Source: an uncultured Solirubrobacterales bacterium (lineage in GTDB: Bacteria; Actinomycetota; Thermoleophilia; Solirubrobacterales; 70-9). Taken from it: DNA of 64,000 nt. The stretch is taken from positions 40,229 to 104,228 of the forward strand of contig CAWIPM010000009.1 of the NCBI GenBank assembly GCA_963838035.1, given 5' to 3'. Position numbers and translations under genes: made by a program. The first letter of the stretch is position 1; every line of letters starts with the position of its first letter. Below the pieces are notes generated by a model. The model had not been told where the DNA came from. It saw nothing but the letters and a program-made list of their open reading frames with translations, and did not search any database. Positions 9,930 to 22,594 of this stretch are shown in pieces.

Positions 9930-10402
9930 TAGGCCCCCACCTCAAACCTGAACTCGGTATCGCCGATCCGCACCACGTCTCCGTCGAGGAGCTCCGCCTC
10001 CCCCTTGAGCTCGGCGTCGTTGAGCATGGTGCCGTTGGTCGAGTTCATGTCCTCGACGAAGTGCCGGCCTTCGCGGGAAAAGACCCTGGCGTGGAAGCCG
10101 GAGGCGTAACGATCCTCGATCTGCAGATCGGAGTCCTTCGAGCGCCCGATCGAGAGCCCGCCGATCAGGTCGAACCGTTCGCCTGCGTTCAATCCCCCGC
10201 CGCGCTCGGCAACCAGCCAGGAGTCGACGGCTCCGGGGGCCTCGCCAAAGCCGGGCGCCGGGTGGAACCCGGTCGCGTCTGGGGCCGGCGACAGGGTCGC
10301 GCGAAGGTCCTTCAACGCGCTGCGAGCGACGAAGAGCAGGAACAGGTAGAGGACGGCCAGGAAGCCGAACTTGAGAGCAACTGAAATTGGGTCGTACGCC
10401 AC
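9929..10402 (-). CDS. fhaB: FHA-domain protein (FhaB/FipA-like), N-terminal TM helix
   Basis: The FHA core is LSIGRSKDSDLQIEDRYASGFHARV...NSTNGTMLN. The stop overlaps the pstP start by 1 nt. Confidence 0.8.
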   Translation of the reverse strand: MAYDPISVALKFGFLAVLYLFLLFVARSALKDLRATLSPAPDATGFHPAPGFGEAPGAVDSWLVAERGGGLNAGERFDLIGGLSIGRSKDSDLQIEDRYASGFHARVFSREGRHFVEDMNSTNGTMLNDAELKGEAELLDGDVVRIGDTEFRFEVGA

Positions 10403-10431
10403 GCGGTCAGCACACTACGGCCGAAGGCAGA

Positions 10432-11208
10432 TCACTGCTCGATGTCGAACTGGAAGGTCGTCGTGCCCACCGTCACCTCGTCGCCAGGGCTGAGCCGGGT
10501 CGAGCTGACTCGGCGCCCGTTTACCTTGACGCCGTTGGTCGAGCCGAGGTCGGCAATCTGCCAATCGCCCGACTCCGAGCGGCGCAGCTCGGCGTGGCGC
10601 CGGGACACGTTGGGATCGCGAAGGACGCACTCGGCTGACTTCGAGCGCCCGATCGTCGCCCGCGGGCCATCGAGCACGTAACGGCGGTCCGCCAGCGAGA
10701 TGACCGCGCGAGTCGAGACAAGGGCGCCGACCGCCTGCTCGGGTCGCTTCGGGCGCGAGCGGTCGCGCTCGCGGACAGCCGAGTAGACCATCGTGTGGCC
10801 CTCCTCGCCCTGGCTCGGCCTCTCTCCCTCGTGGGCAGGCGGCTTGACCAGCCGAGCCTGGATCCCGAACTCGCCGAGGCGCAGCCGCTCGTCGGTGCTG
10901 AACTCGACCGCGGGCCGAGTGAGCAGGTCGTAGCCCCGCCTCCGTGCGTGCTCCAGCAGGTAGCCGGAGAGCTCCTGCTCGAGCGAGCGCTCGTACCCTT
11001 CCAGCTTGGACCGGTCCTGCTTGGAGAGGTAGACGACGTACTCGTTGGGGACGTAGACCCGAGCGACCGAGGCGGTCTTGTGGGCGTCCATTTCCTTGGC
11101 CAGCTTGCGAGCGAGCTCGACCGGCTGCACCTCAGAGCTGAAGGCGCGGCTGAAGACGCCCTCGACGAGACCTTCGATTCGAGACTCCAGGTTGCGTAGA
11201 ACGCTGAT
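10432..11208 (-). CDS. fhaA: FhaA-like protein (DUF3662-type N-domain plus C-terminal FHA domain); non-canonical start proposed
   Basis: The FHA core is ATIGRSKSAECVLRDPNVSRRHAEL...GSTNGVKVNG. Conserved N-terminal sequence (SVLRNLESRIEGLVEGVFSRAF) extends upstream of the first canonical start at 11130. An ATC at 11208 lies 7 nt after AAGGAGG. Confidence 0.7.
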   Translation of the reverse strand: MSVLRNLESRIEGLVEGVFSRAFSSEVQPVELARKLAKEMDAHKTASVARVYVPNEYVVYLSKQDRSKLEGYERSLEQELSGYLLEHARRRGYDLLTRPAVEFSTDERLRLGEFGIQARLVKPPAHEGERPSQGEEGHTMVYSAVRERDRSRPKRPEQAVGALVSTRAVISLADRRYVLDGPRATIGRSKSAECVLRDPNVSRRHAELRRSESGDWQIADLGSTNGVKVNGRRVSSTRLSPGDEVTVGTTTFQFDIEQ

Positions 11209-11268
11209 CGGGGGGCCTCCTTGGCGACGCGGGCGGCTGCTCTCCGGGGTGGAGGAACCGCCGAAATC

Positions 11269-12186
11269 CTACGGTAGGACGGCTCCGTGGCCCACCGCCA
11301 GCCAGAGGCCGAGAGCGGCGGCCGTGGCGAGGGCGCCGAGTCGCATGCCCAGCGGATGGGATGAATTGCGCGGCCGGTCGGTGAGGGAGTCGAGGGAGTC
11401 CTCGATCGTCGAGCCCAGCTCCTCCAGCGAGGGCCGTCGCGCCGCGCGATGGCTGAGACAGGCGTCGACGACATCGGCAAGCTCGCGGGGCAGGTCGGGT
11501 CGCAGGCGGCGTAGCGGGCGGTGCCGAGCGCCGATTGCCCGGGCGGTGGCGGCCGGACTTGCCCGCCGGTTAGGGTTGACGCCGCTCCAGCACTCATACA
11601 GGGTGAGGGCAAGGGAATAGACGTCGGCCTCGGGGCCGGCCGACCGGCCTTCGGCCTGCTCCGGCGACATGTAGGCGAGCGTGCCGACGACATCGCCGGG
11701 AGCGGTGAGCGAGGCGCCGTCGGCGAGCCGGGCGATGCCGAAGTCCATCAGCTTTGCCCGCGGCTCGCCTTCGGTGATCTGGACGTTCTCCGGCTTGATG
11801 TCGCGATGGACGACGCCACGCGAGTGGGCGTGGTCGAGCGCCTCGCAGAGGTCGGCGCCGACCTCCGCGATTTCGCAGTCGCTGAGCTCGCCGTCGCGGG
11901 CGAGCTGGGCCAGGGTCGAGCCGTCGACCAGCTCGGAGACGAGCAGCGCGTTGCCGTCCTCCTCGCCCATCTCATAGAGGGTGACGATGCCCGGGTGGTT
12001 GAGACGGGCCGCGGCCTGGGCCTCGCGCAACACCCGTCGGCCGAGATCGGCCCCCCCTGACTCGATCGCCTTGACCGCGACCGGGCGCTCGAGCCTTCCG
12101 TCCCACGCCTCATAGACGACGCCGAAGCCGCCGCTTCCGATGCGGCGCTCGATCAAGAAGCGGTTGAGCACGAGTGAGCCGACCAA
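11269..12186 (-). CDS. Hanks-type Ser/Thr protein kinase with short C-terminal TM tail
   Basis: Motifs GSGGFGVVYEAWD, VAVKA, HRDIKPENV, DFGIA and SPEQ. The start is uncertain (TTG 12186 or GTG 12171). The ORF-track start at 12366 would overlap the divergent gene. Confidence 0.8.
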   Translation of the reverse strand: MVGSLVLNRFLIERRIGSGGFGVVYEAWDGRLERPVAVKAIESGGADLGRRVLREAQAAARLNHPGIVTLYEMGEEDGNALLVSELVDGSTLAQLARDGELSDCEIAEVGADLCEALDHAHSRGVVHRDIKPENVQITEGEPRAKLMDFGIARLADGASLTAPGDVVGTLAYMSPEQAEGRSAGPEADVYSLALTLYECWSGVNPNRRASPAATARAIGARHRPLRRLRPDLPRELADVVDACLSHRAARRPSLEELGSTIEDSLDSLTDRPRNSSHPLGMRLGALATAAALGLWLAVGHGAVLP

Positions 12187-12327
12187 TGCGCTTCTCAGCT
12201 TCGCCGGCTGCCGCGCCTCTCCTGCGCGCAACTCGGCAAAAACGCAACGTTTGCTGCGGGTCTTGACGCAGGGACGCCGCCAACGTTCATACTCTCCGGC
12301 CAGCCAACCAGTCCCGGAGAACGTCTT

Positions 12328-13371
12328 TTGGAGGATTCGCCAGCACCCCGGGCGGGGCGCCGCCATCGTCGCCCCCCCCGCCGTCCCGAACGCCAGCAGA
12401 TCCTGCTGCGCCGTGGCCTGGCCCTAGGCGGGGCGCTGATCGTGCTCATCCTGCTCGTGCTCGGGGTAAAGGGCTGTCTCGACGCCCAGGCCGAACGCGC
12501 GCTGAGCGGCTACGCGCGCAACGTCACCCAGATCGTCGACGAGACCCAGGGAACCAGCAAGGGCTTCTTCGGCAAGCTCGAAGAACCGGGCAGCCTCTCG
12601 GTCACCGAGTTCGTCGCCGAGGTCAACGCCGACCGCAGCGCGATGGACAACTACGTGACGCGGATCGACAGTCTCAGCGCTCCCGGCGACATGGGACACG
12701 CCCAGAGCGCGCTCGAGCTGGTCTACGAGCTGCGTGGCGCCGCGATGAGCGAGATCGCCAACAAGATGAGCACCGCACTGGGGAATGTCGGCTCCCAGCA
12801 GGCGGTCGACGACATCACGCGGCAGATGGCGAAGCTGGCGGCGAGCGACCAGCTCTACGCGGCCGTGGTGCGACCGGAGATCGACGGCGTGCTCGCGAAC
12901 AACGGGATCGAAGGCGACGACGTGCCGAAGAGCGTCTTCGTGCCCGACGGGACCAAGTGGCTCGATCCGGCGACAGTCGGGGCGGCGCTGGGCCAGGTGA
13001 GCAACTCGACCGGCTCGACGACACCCGGCGTGCACGGCCTCGGCCTCGCCGGCACCAGCGTCAACGGGACCGAATTGACGGCCGGCTCGTCGACGAGCGT
13101 ATCCGGCAAAGAAACCCCCGAAGTGGAAGTGCGGGTGGAAAACCAGGGCGAATCGACTGAGAACGGGGTGACGGTCGCGGTGACCGTGAACGGCGGCAGC
13201 CCCCTGCAGCAGACGATCAGCAGCATCGGGGTGGGTGAAACCGAATCGGTGACGATTCCGTTGACGCCGGCGCCAAAAGGCCAGGTCACACTCGAAGTGA
13301 ACGTGCACCCGGTCCCCGGCGAGCAGATCTCCAGCAACAACATCGCCAGCTACACCGTCAACTTCGAATAG
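12328..13371 (+). CDS. hypothetical membrane-anchored protein with CARDB-like C-terminal beta-sandwich
   Basis: Arg-rich N-terminus, one TM helix (LALGGALIVLILLVLGV), and a C-terminal segment VEVRVENQGESTENGVTVAVTVNG...VGETESVTIPL that resembles CARDB domains. Confidence 0.5.
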   Translation: MEDSPAPRAGRRHRRPPRRPERQQILLRRGLALGGALIVLILLVLGVKGCLDAQAERALSGYARNVTQIVDETQGTSKGFFGKLEEPGSLSVTEFVAEVNADRSAMDNYVTRIDSLSAPGDMGHAQSALELVYELRGAAMSEIANKMSTALGNVGSQQAVDDITRQMAKLAASDQLYAAVVRPEIDGVLANNGIEGDDVPKSVFVPDGTKWLDPATVGAALGQVSNSTGSTTPGVHGLGLAGTSVNGTELTAGSSTSVSGKETPEVEVRVENQGESTENGVTVAVTVNGGSPLQQTISSIGVGETESVTIPLTPAPKGQVTLEVNVHPVPGEQISSNNIASYTVNFE

Positions 13372-13384
13372 CGGGGAGGGCGGG

Positions 13385-14218
13385 ATGCGGATCGCCTATC
13401 TCGGGCCGGCCGGCACGTTCACGGAAGACGCCTTGGCCGAAGCCGCGCGGGGCTTCGAGTTCGAGCCGCTGCGCACGGAGACCATCCACGACGCGATCCT
13501 CGCGGTCGAGCGCGGCGAGGCCGAGCGCGCGCTGGTGCCGTTCGAGAACTCGATCGAGGGCTCGGTCCGCAGCACCCTGGACACCCTCGCCTTCGACACG
13601 AAGGCGGTGGCGATCGTCGGTGAGCATGACTTCGCGGTTCGGGCTCACCTGATCGCGCGGGCCGGCGTCGAGCTGGAGGCGATCGAGGCCGTTCTCTCGC
13701 ATCCCCAGCCACTCGCCCAGTGCGCACGCTTCCTACGTGAGCAGCTTCCCACGGTGGAACGGCGAAGCGTGAGCAGCACGGCGGCGGCGGTGCGCATGGT
13801 CGGCGAGTCGAGCCGCCCCTGGGCTGCGATCGGCGCCCGCTCCGCTGCGGAGCTCTACGGCTGCGCGATCCTGCGCGAGGGGATCGAGGACGAGCCCGAC
13901 AACGTCACCCGCTTCGTCTGGATCGCGCCGCAGGCGACCCGGCCTTCCGGCGAGGGCCCATGGAAGACCTCACTCGTCTTCTCCGAGCTTGGGGAGGACC
14001 ACCCGGGGGCGCTGGTGGAGGCTCTGCAGGAGTTCTCGTCGCGAGATATCAATCTCTCCCGCATCGAGTCCCGCCCGCTGCGCAGGGGCCTCGGCCGCTA
14101 CATGTTCTTCTGCGACCTCGAGGGAGCCGCCACGGATTCCGTGGTGGCGGAGGCGATCGAACAGCTCCGCGCCAAGGCCGAATCGGTGCGCATCCTGGGC
14201 TCCTACCCGATCAGGTAA
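13385..14218 (+). CDS. pheA: prephenate dehydratase with ACT domain
   Basis: MRIAYLGPAGTFTEDA, NVTRF and the ESRP motif (LSRIESRPLRRGLGRYMFF). Confidence 0.85.
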   Translation: MRIAYLGPAGTFTEDALAEAARGFEFEPLRTETIHDAILAVERGEAERALVPFENSIEGSVRSTLDTLAFDTKAVAIVGEHDFAVRAHLIARAGVELEAIEAVLSHPQPLAQCARFLREQLPTVERRSVSSTAAAVRMVGESSRPWAAIGARSAAELYGCAILREGIEDEPDNVTRFVWIAPQATRPSGEGPWKTSLVFSELGEDHPGALVEALQEFSSRDINLSRIESRPLRRGLGRYMFFCDLEGAATDSVVAEAIEQLRAKAESVRILGSYPIR

Positions 14219-14246
14219 GGCCGCGTGCGTAGAATTCCCCAGCACC

Positions 14247-14753
14247 ATGGCACGCGTCCTGGTGCTCAACGCGACGTATGAGCCGATCAACGTCTGCACG
14301 TTGAGACGCGCCGCTGTGCTGCTGCTGAAGGAGAAGGCGGAGTTGCTGGAGCAGCGCGAGGGTGCGCTCCACTCCGAGCACATGACGATGGAGCGGCCAG
14401 ACGTGATCCGCCTCGTCAGCTACGTGCGGATACCTCGCGAGGCACACCGCCGCAAGATCACCCGGCGGGCGGTACTCGCCCGCGACTCCTGGACCTGCCA
14501 GTACTGCGGCTCGAAGAAGTCGGGCCTGACCGTCGATCACGTGATCCCCCGCAGCCGCGGCGGCAAATCCGTCTGGGAGAACATCGTCGCCGCCTGCGCC
14601 AGCTGCAACCGCCGCAAGGGAAACCGGTTGCCCCGAGAGATCCAGATGCATCCCCGCAGCAACCCCAAGGCCCCGGGCCCGACGGTCTTCATCCAGGTGG
14701 CGAGCCCGAGCATCCCGCCGGCCTGGCAGCAGTACTTACCCGCGGCCGCGTAG
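14247..14753 (+). CDS. HNH endonuclease family protein
   Basis: CQYCG...VDHVIPRSRGGKSVWENIVAACASCNRRKGN. The ATG at 14247 is chosen because the longer ORF-track start at 13989 overlaps pheA. Confidence 0.75.
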   Translation: MARVLVLNATYEPINVCTLRRAAVLLLKEKAELLEQREGALHSEHMTMERPDVIRLVSYVRIPREAHRRKITRRAVLARDSWTCQYCGSKKSGLTVDHVIPRSRGGKSVWENIVAACASCNRRKGNRLPREIQMHPRSNPKAPGPTVFIQVASPSIPPAWQQYLPAAA

Positions 14754-14781
14754 GGCCGGCCCGCGGTGGGCGGAGTGGGCC

Positions 14782-17298
14782 CTACCCTTCCGCGCCGTCG
14801 TGATTGGCGGCCCCGGGCAGTTCCTCCGGCGCCGAATCGGTCGGCGCCTCCGTTTCGGACTCGACCACCAGCGCCACCGCGCTCACCCGGTCGTCGTCCT
14901 TGATGTTCATCACCTTGACCCCCTGGGTCGGCCGGCCCATCTGGGAAATGCCGCCGACCGAGGTTCGCTGCACCATCCCGTTCTGGGAGATGAAGAGCAG
15001 CTCCTGGTGCTCGTGGACGATCAGGGCGCCGGCGAGGCCGCCCTTCTTCGCGGTCAGCTTCGCGGTCAGCACGCCCTTCGTGCCGCGGCCCTTGATCGGG
15101 TACTCCGCCACCGGCGTGCGCTTTCCGTACCCGTTCTCGGTGACGACGAACAGCTCGGTGTCGTCGCGGGCGATGTCCATCGCCAGCACCCGGTTGTCTT
15201 TGTCGGAGACGTTCATCCCCTTGATCCCGCTGGTGTCGCGGCCCATCGGCCGCACACGCTCCTCAGAGAAGCGCGAGGCGTGGCCGGAGTGGGAGACCAT
15301 CAGGATGTCGTCTTCGCCGGAGGTGAGCCTGACCTGGACCAGCTCGTCGCCCTCTCGGACCTTGATCGCGATGATCCCATCGGCGCGGATCGGGGTGTTG
15401 TAGGCGAGGAACTCCGTTTTCTTGATCTGGCCCTTTGCGGTGGCGAAGGCGAGGAACTTGTTCTCTTTGAAGTCGCGGGTGGGGATCACCGCCATCACTT
15501 TCTCGCCCTCGCGCAGGGGCAGCAGGTTGACGAGCGAGCTGCCTTTCGCCGTACGCGAGCCCTCGGGCAGCTCGTAGACCTTGAGCCGGTAGACCTTGCC
15601 TCGGTTGGTGAAGAAGAGCAGGAAGTCGTGGGTCGAGCAGATGTGAAGGTGGGCGATGTAGTCGTCCTCCTTGAGGTTCATCCCCATCACCCCGACCCCG
15701 CCGCGGTGCTGCTGGCGGTAGGTGGCGAGCGGCAGCCGCTTGACGTATCCAGAGGCGGTCAGGGAGATCACCATCTGCTGGTCGGCGATCATGTCCTCGA
15801 TTCCGACGTCGCCCTCGAAGTGGGCCAGCTCCGTGCGCCGCTCGTCGCCATAGGACTCGACGATTTCAGCCAGCTCCTCCTTGACCAGGCCCATCACCTT
15901 GGACTCGTCGCCGAGAATCGTCCGCAGCTCGCCGATCCGCTCCGTCAGGTCCGCGTGCTCGGCTCGGACCTTGTCGGCCTCCAACGCCGTCAGGCGCTGC
16001 AGGCGCATGTCGAGGATCGCCTGCGCCTGCTCGCGAGAGAGCTCGAACTGCGAGATCAATCCATCTCGCGCGTCGTCGGGGTCGGCCGAGGCGCGGATCA
16101 ACTTGATCACCGCGTCGAGGTTGTCCAGGGCGACCAGCAGCCCCTCGAGGATGTGGGCGCGAGCCTCGGCCCGGCGCAGTTCGTACTGGGTGCGGCGGGT
16201 GACCACCTCGCGCTGATGGTCGACGTAATGATGGATCAGCTCCAGCAGGCTCAGCGTGCGCGGCACGCCGTCGACCAACGCCACCATGTTGGCGCCGAAG
16301 GTCGTCTGCATGGCTGTTTTCTTGTAGAGGTTGTTGAGAACGACCTTGGCCGGCGGGCCGCCGCGTTTCAACTCGATGACCAGCCGCATGCCACTGCCGT
16401 CCGACTCGTCGCGAAGGTCGGAGATCCCCTCCAGTTTCTTGTCCCGGGCGAGGTCGGCGATCTTGGTGACCAGGCCACCGTCGCCGAGCTTCTTGACGGT
16501 GAACGGCAACTCGGTGACGACGATCGCCTCCTTGCCTCCCTTCAGCGGCTCGACGTGGGCGCGGGCCCGAACCCTGATGCTGCCCCGTCCCGACGCATAG
16601 GCGTCGCGGATCCCCTCGCGGCTCATGATCCCGCCGCCCGGGAAGTCGGGGCCCTTGACGTGCTCCATCAGGCCCGCCAGGTCGATCTCGGGGTCGTCGA
16701 TGTACGCCGCTACCGCGCCGGCCACCTCGCGCAGGTTGTGCGGCGGGATGTTCGTCGCCATTCCGACCGCGATTCCCGAGGTGCCGTTGACGAGTAGGTT
16801 CGGGAAGCGCGCCGGCAGGACCAGCGGCTCCTGGGTCGATTCGTCGTAGTTGGGCCCGAAGTCGACGGTGTCGGCGTCGATATCGCGCAGCAGCTCGGTC
16901 GCGAGCCGGGTGAGGCGCGCCTCGGTGTACCTCATCGCCGCCGCCGGGTCGTCGTCGATCGAGCCGAAGTTGCCCTGGCCGTCGACGAGCAGGTAGCGCA
17001 GGGAGAAGTCCTGCGCCATCCGCACCAGGGTGTCGTAGATCGCCGAGTCGCCGTGCGGGTGGTACTTGCCCATCACCTCACCGACGATGAACGCGCACTT
17101 GCGATACGCCCGGGTCGGCTGCAGGCCGACGTCGTGCATCGCGTAGAGCACACGGCGGTGGACCGGCTTGAGCCCATCGCGCGCATCCGGCAGCGCCCGG
17201 CCGACGATCACGCTCATCGCGTAATCGAGATAGGACGACCGCATCTCCTTCTCGAGCTCGCGCTCCTCGATCCGACCGGTCAAAGCGTCAAGTGCCAT
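14782..17298 (-). CDS. gyrA: DNA gyrase subunit A
   Basis: Motifs [27 protein letters not shown] and the active-site [10 protein letters not shown], with C-terminal beta-pinwheel repeats. Confidence 0.95.
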   Translation of the reverse strand: MALDALTGRIEERELEKEMRSSYLDYAMSVIVGRALPDARDGLKPVHRRVLYAMHDVGLQPTRAYRKCAFIVGEVMGKYHPHGDSAIYDTLVRMAQDFSLRYLLVDGQGNFGSIDDDPAAAMRYTEARLTRLATELLRDIDADTVDFGPNYDESTQEPLVLPARFPNLLVNGTSGIAVGMATNIPPHNLREVAGAVAAYIDDPEIDLAGLMEHVKGPDFPGGGIMSREGIRDAYASGRGSIRVRARAHVEPLKGGKEAIVVTELPFTVKKLGDGGLVTKIADLARDKKLEGISDLRDESDGSGMRLVIELKRGGPPAKVVLNNLYKKTAMQTTFGANMVALVDGVPRTLSLLELIHHYVDHQREVVTRRTQYELRRAEARAHILEGLLVALDNLDAVIKLIRASADPDDARDGLISQFELSREQAQAILDMRLQRLTALEADKVRAEHADLTERIGELRTILGDESKVMGLVKEELAEIVESYGDERRTELAHFEGDVGIEDMIADQQMVISLTASGYVKRLPLATYRQQHRGGVGVMGMNLKEDDYIAHLHICSTHDFLLFFTNRGKVYRLKVYELPEGSRTAKGSSLVNLLPLREGEKVMAVIPTRDFKENKFLAFATAKGQIKKTEFLAYNTPIRADGIIAIKVREGDELVQVRLTSGEDDILMVSHSGHASRFSEERVRPMGRDTSGIKGMNVSDKDNRVLAMDIARDDTELFVVTENGYGKRTPVAEYPIKGRGTKGVLTAKLTAKKGGLAGALIVHEHQELLFISQNGMVQRTSVGGISQMGRPTQGVKVMNIKDDDRVSAVALVVESETEAPTDSAPEELPGAANHDGAEG

Positions 17299-17323
17299 TC
17301 AGCGTTTCTCCGTTCGGGCCGAG

Positions 17324-19813
<2,490 letters not shown>

Positions 19814-19899
19814 CTAGTTGACATAAGGATACCAGTTAAGCCCTCCGGAACCTCGGCTCCCTCAACACAAAAGCCCTGCAAATCGTGAAATAAGTGCGA

Positions 19900-20271
19900 T
19901 TATGGACGGGCGCGGTTGACACGAAACCGGAGGCTCTCCGGCGCCGACCCCCGCAGACGCTCGCGGAGGCGCTCCAGCAGCTGGGCCTGCATCAAGCTCA
20001 GCTCGTCCGCCCAGACCGCGTCGGCGCACTCGATCGTCACCTCTCCACCCCGCTCCGAGACAGGCTCGGCCCGGGCCGCCAGCTGGGGGCCTACGGCCTC
20101 CGGCCAGACCGCCTGGATCGCGGCCAGCGGTGTCTGCGGGGCGGCCTGCTCGCGCGCTGCTCGGATTGCCCTCGCGGCGGGCCGCGGCGAGCGGCGGTGG
20201 GTCACCGGCCGGCCTCGGGCATCATGCCGCCGCCGCGTGTTGTGGGGCCTGCCAGGGCATGCGCACCACAC
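19900..20271 (-). CDS. dciA: DUF721 / DciA-family protein
   Basis: WPEAVGPQLAARAEPVSERGGEVTIECADAVWADELSLMQAQLLERL matches DUF721. Its position between recF and gyrB is the same as in Mycobacterium. The start is uncertain, with a 50-nt overlap with recF. Confidence 0.65.
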   Translation of the reverse strand: MWCACPGRPHNTRRRHDARGRPVTHRRSPRPAARAIRAAREQAAPQTPLAAIQAVWPEAVGPQLAARAEPVSERGGEVTIECADAVWADELSLMQAQLLERLRERLRGSAPESLRFRVNRARP

Positions 20272-21313
20272 TCGCCAGCGCCGCGGCGGGGACCGACTCC
20301 TCGTCGGCAGCGGTGATCAGCGCCTGCCCACCACGGAGGAGGCGCTTGACGAGCTGCTCGCGCCGGCCGGGGTCGAGCTCGCTCATCACGTCGTCGAGGA
20401 GCAGCAGCGGCGTCACCCGGCGGGCCTCCAGCAACGCGTCGCGCTCGGCAAAGAGCAGAGCCAGGAGGGCGGCGCGCTGCTGTCCCTGCGAGCCGTAGCG
20501 CCGCAGCGAGCGACCTTGCGCGGACAGCTTCAACTCGTCCAGGTGCGGGCCCCAGGAGGTGCGGCCGAGGCGCAGGTCCTGATCCCGCCGCTCGGACAGC
20601 CCATCGCGCAGCTCTTCGGCAGAGCCGCTCGCCCGTGGCGCGTACTCGATCGATGCCTGCTCCAGACCCAGCTCCCCGGCGCCGTCGGTGAAGGTCGCCG
20701 CCAACTCCTCCGTCGCCTCGGCGCGAGCCGCGACCAGCGGCTCGGCGGCCTCAGCCAGGGCCGCGTCCCATACCTCGAGCCCGGCCGCGGCGCTACGCCC
20801 TGCGGCAACCCGGGCGATCAGCGCGTTGCGTTGGGCCAGGGCCTGGCCGAAGCGCTTGCGCAGCTCCGACCGTGACGGCCATCGCGCCGCGATAAACCGA
20901 TCGAGGTGCGCCCGCCGCTCGGCCGGCGGGCCCTTGACCAGGGTCAGCCGATCCGGAGAGAAGACCGCGACCGGCGGCCGATGACGGGCCAACGCGCCCG
21001 GGTCGGCGGCGTTGCCGTCGAGCAGGTGGCGGCGGCCCTCGGTCCGGCTCACCGAGGCGAGCAGCAGGTGCGCCGGCCCCTCATCGTCGCGAACGGTCGC
21101 CTCCGCGCGCGCAAACGAGTCGCCGAAGGGGATCAGGTCGCGGCGGTCAGCGGTCCGGAACGACCGTCCGGTCAGGGCAAAGTAGACCGCCTCGACGAAA
21201 TTGGTCTTACCGGCCCCGTTCGGGCCGAGGAGGCTGACGACCCCGGGGCCCAGCTCCACCCGAACGTGGTCGAGGCTCCGCAAGGGCCTCGCCTCGATGG
21301 CGGTGACCAGCAC
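20222..21313 (-). CDS. recF: DNA replication and repair protein RecF
   Basis: Walker A GPNGAGKTNFVEAV, an SMC-like signature (GSQGQQRAALLAL) and Walker B LLLDDV. Confidence 0.9.
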   Translation of the reverse strand: MLVTAIEARPLRSLDHVRVELGPGVVSLLGPNGAGKTNFVEAVYFALTGRSFRTADRRDLIPFGDSFARAEATVRDDEGPAHLLLASVSRTEGRRHLLDGNAADPGALARHRPPVAVFSPDRLTLVKGPPAERRAHLDRFIAARWPSRSELRKRFGQALAQRNALIARVAAGRSAAAGLEVWDAALAEAAEPLVAARAEATEELAATFTDGAGELGLEQASIEYAPRASGSAEELRDGLSERRDQDLRLGRTSWGPHLDELKLSAQGRSLRRYGSQGQQRAALLALLFAERDALLEARRVTPLLLLDDVMSELDPGRREQLVKRLLRGGQALITAADEESVPAAALASVVRMPWQAPQHAAAA

Positions 21314-21319
21314 GCTGCC

Positions 21320-22426
21320 TCACACGTTGAGGCGGATGGGCATCACCAGGTAACGGAAGTCTTCGTTGTCGACCGGCTGCAGCAGGCCCGGCCGCAGCGG
21401 CGAGATCAGCCGCAGCACCACCTCGTCCCCCTCGACGCTCTCGATCCCTTCCCTGAGGAACTCCGGGTTGAAGCCGATCTCCATCGGCTCGCCCTCGAAC
21501 GCTGCGGGCATCGTCTCCTCCGCGTCGCCGACATCGGGCGTCTCCGCCGCCACGGTCAGCTCCCCCGGCGAGAAGGAGAGCCGCAACGGCGCGTTGCGAA
21601 GCGCCATCTGGCTGATCCGGCGGGTGACGTCGAGGAACTCCGGCCGGGGCAGGCGCACGTCGTGCTCGTAGGACTCCGGCAGAAGCTGTCGAAAGTTGGG
21701 GAACTGGCCGTCGATCAGCCTCGTGTTGAGGATAACCGGCCCTGCCCTGAAGATCGCCTGGTTGGGGAGCAGCGTCACCGCGACCTCCTCGGCGCCCTCC
21801 GAGGAGAGGATGCGGCTGAGCTCGCGCAGGGCGCGGGCCGGGATGTTGGCCTCGAGCTCGCCGCCGATCTCGGTCTCGAGCTCGGTCCGCTTCACCGCCA
21901 GCCGGTAGGAGTCGGTCGCGACCATGGTCATCTCGTTGCCGGCGGCGGAGACCAGGACGCCGGTCAGCACCGGCCGCATGTCGTCGCGCGAGGCGGCTCG
22001 CTCCACGAGCTCGACCGTTGCGGCCAGAGCTGCGGCCGGGATCTTCAGCGGCTCGCCGTCTGCTGCCGGGAAGCTCGGGAAGTCCTCGGCCGGCAGGGTG
22101 CGGAGATGGAAGCTGGAGCCGCCGCTGCGGATCTCCACGTCGCGCTCGGACTCGCGCAACTCGATCTCGACAGCCGCATCGCCGAGAGAGCGGGTGACCT
22201 CTGCGAGAAGCCGGCCGGGAAGCAGGGCGGAGCCCTCGTCTCCGACCTCGGCCTCGAGACCGGTCTCCAGCCCCATCTCGAGGTCCGTTGCGCTCAGAGT
22301 CACGCCGTTCGTGCTCGCGTTGAGGAGGATTCCAGAGAGAGACTGGGTTGCAGCGCGGTTTGAGATCGCCCGGGAGACGATCGAAAGCTTGGAGGCGAGT
22401 TCTTCTCGCTTTGTGTTGAGCTTCAA
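21320..22426 (-). CDS. dnaN: DNA polymerase III beta sliding clamp
   Basis: Three-domain clamp-length protein that begins LKLNTKREELASKL and ends YLVMPIRLNV. The TTG at 22426 after GAAGG is preferred to the ORF-track start at 22480. Confidence 0.9.
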   Translation of the reverse strand: MKLNTKREELASKLSIVSRAISNRAATQSLSGILLNASTNGVTLSATDLEMGLETGLEAEVGDEGSALLPGRLLAEVTRSLGDAAVEIELRESERDVEIRSGGSSFHLRTLPAEDFPSFPAADGEPLKIPAAALAATVELVERAASRDDMRPVLTGVLVSAAGNEMTMVATDSYRLAVKRTELETEIGGELEANIPARALRELSRILSSEGAEEVAVTLLPNQAIFRAGPVILNTRLIDGQFPNFRQLLPESYEHDVRLPRPEFLDVTRRISQMALRNAPLRLSFSPGELTVAAETPDVGDAEETMPAAFEGEPMEIGFNPEFLREGIESVEGDEVVLRLISPLRPGLLQPVDNEDFRYLVMPIRLNV

Positions 22427-22512
22427 GTGTCGATTGCCTTCTTGAGTTGGATTAGGACCTGTTGAGATCGCGGCAGCCACGGACGACTTCGCGATGGAAG
22501 GCGATTTGCGAC

Positions 22513-22594
22513 CTGTGGAGTTGGCTGTGGGAAAGCATTGATTCTTACAGCGCCGTCGGGCGTCAGGCAGACGAGCGCTCAGGGCTGTGGATTG
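22513..22594. promoter_or_regulatory. cluster of three same-orientation DnaA-box-like motifs (CTGTGGR) plus a locally AT-richer patch; candidate minimal oriC or dnaN control region
   Basis: On the minus strand the motifs read AACTCCACA (22514-22522), TTTCCCACA (22526-22534) and CAATCCACA (22586-22594). None matches TTATCCACA/TTGTCCACA perfectly. The AT-richer patch is gaaagcattgattcttacag at 22531-22550. Confidence 0.35.

Noticed and set aside
14535-14546. Perfect palindrome GATCACGTGATC as a possible second parS
   Set aside because: Only the central CACGTG matches parS and the flanks do not. The sequence encodes the DHVI residues of the HNH motif, so coding constraint explains it.
13989-14753. 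254-aa version of the HNH endonuclease ORF
   Set aside because: The first 86 codons overlap the end of pheA in another frame. The conserved HNH-family N-terminus (MARVLVLNATYEP) starts at the ATG at 14247.
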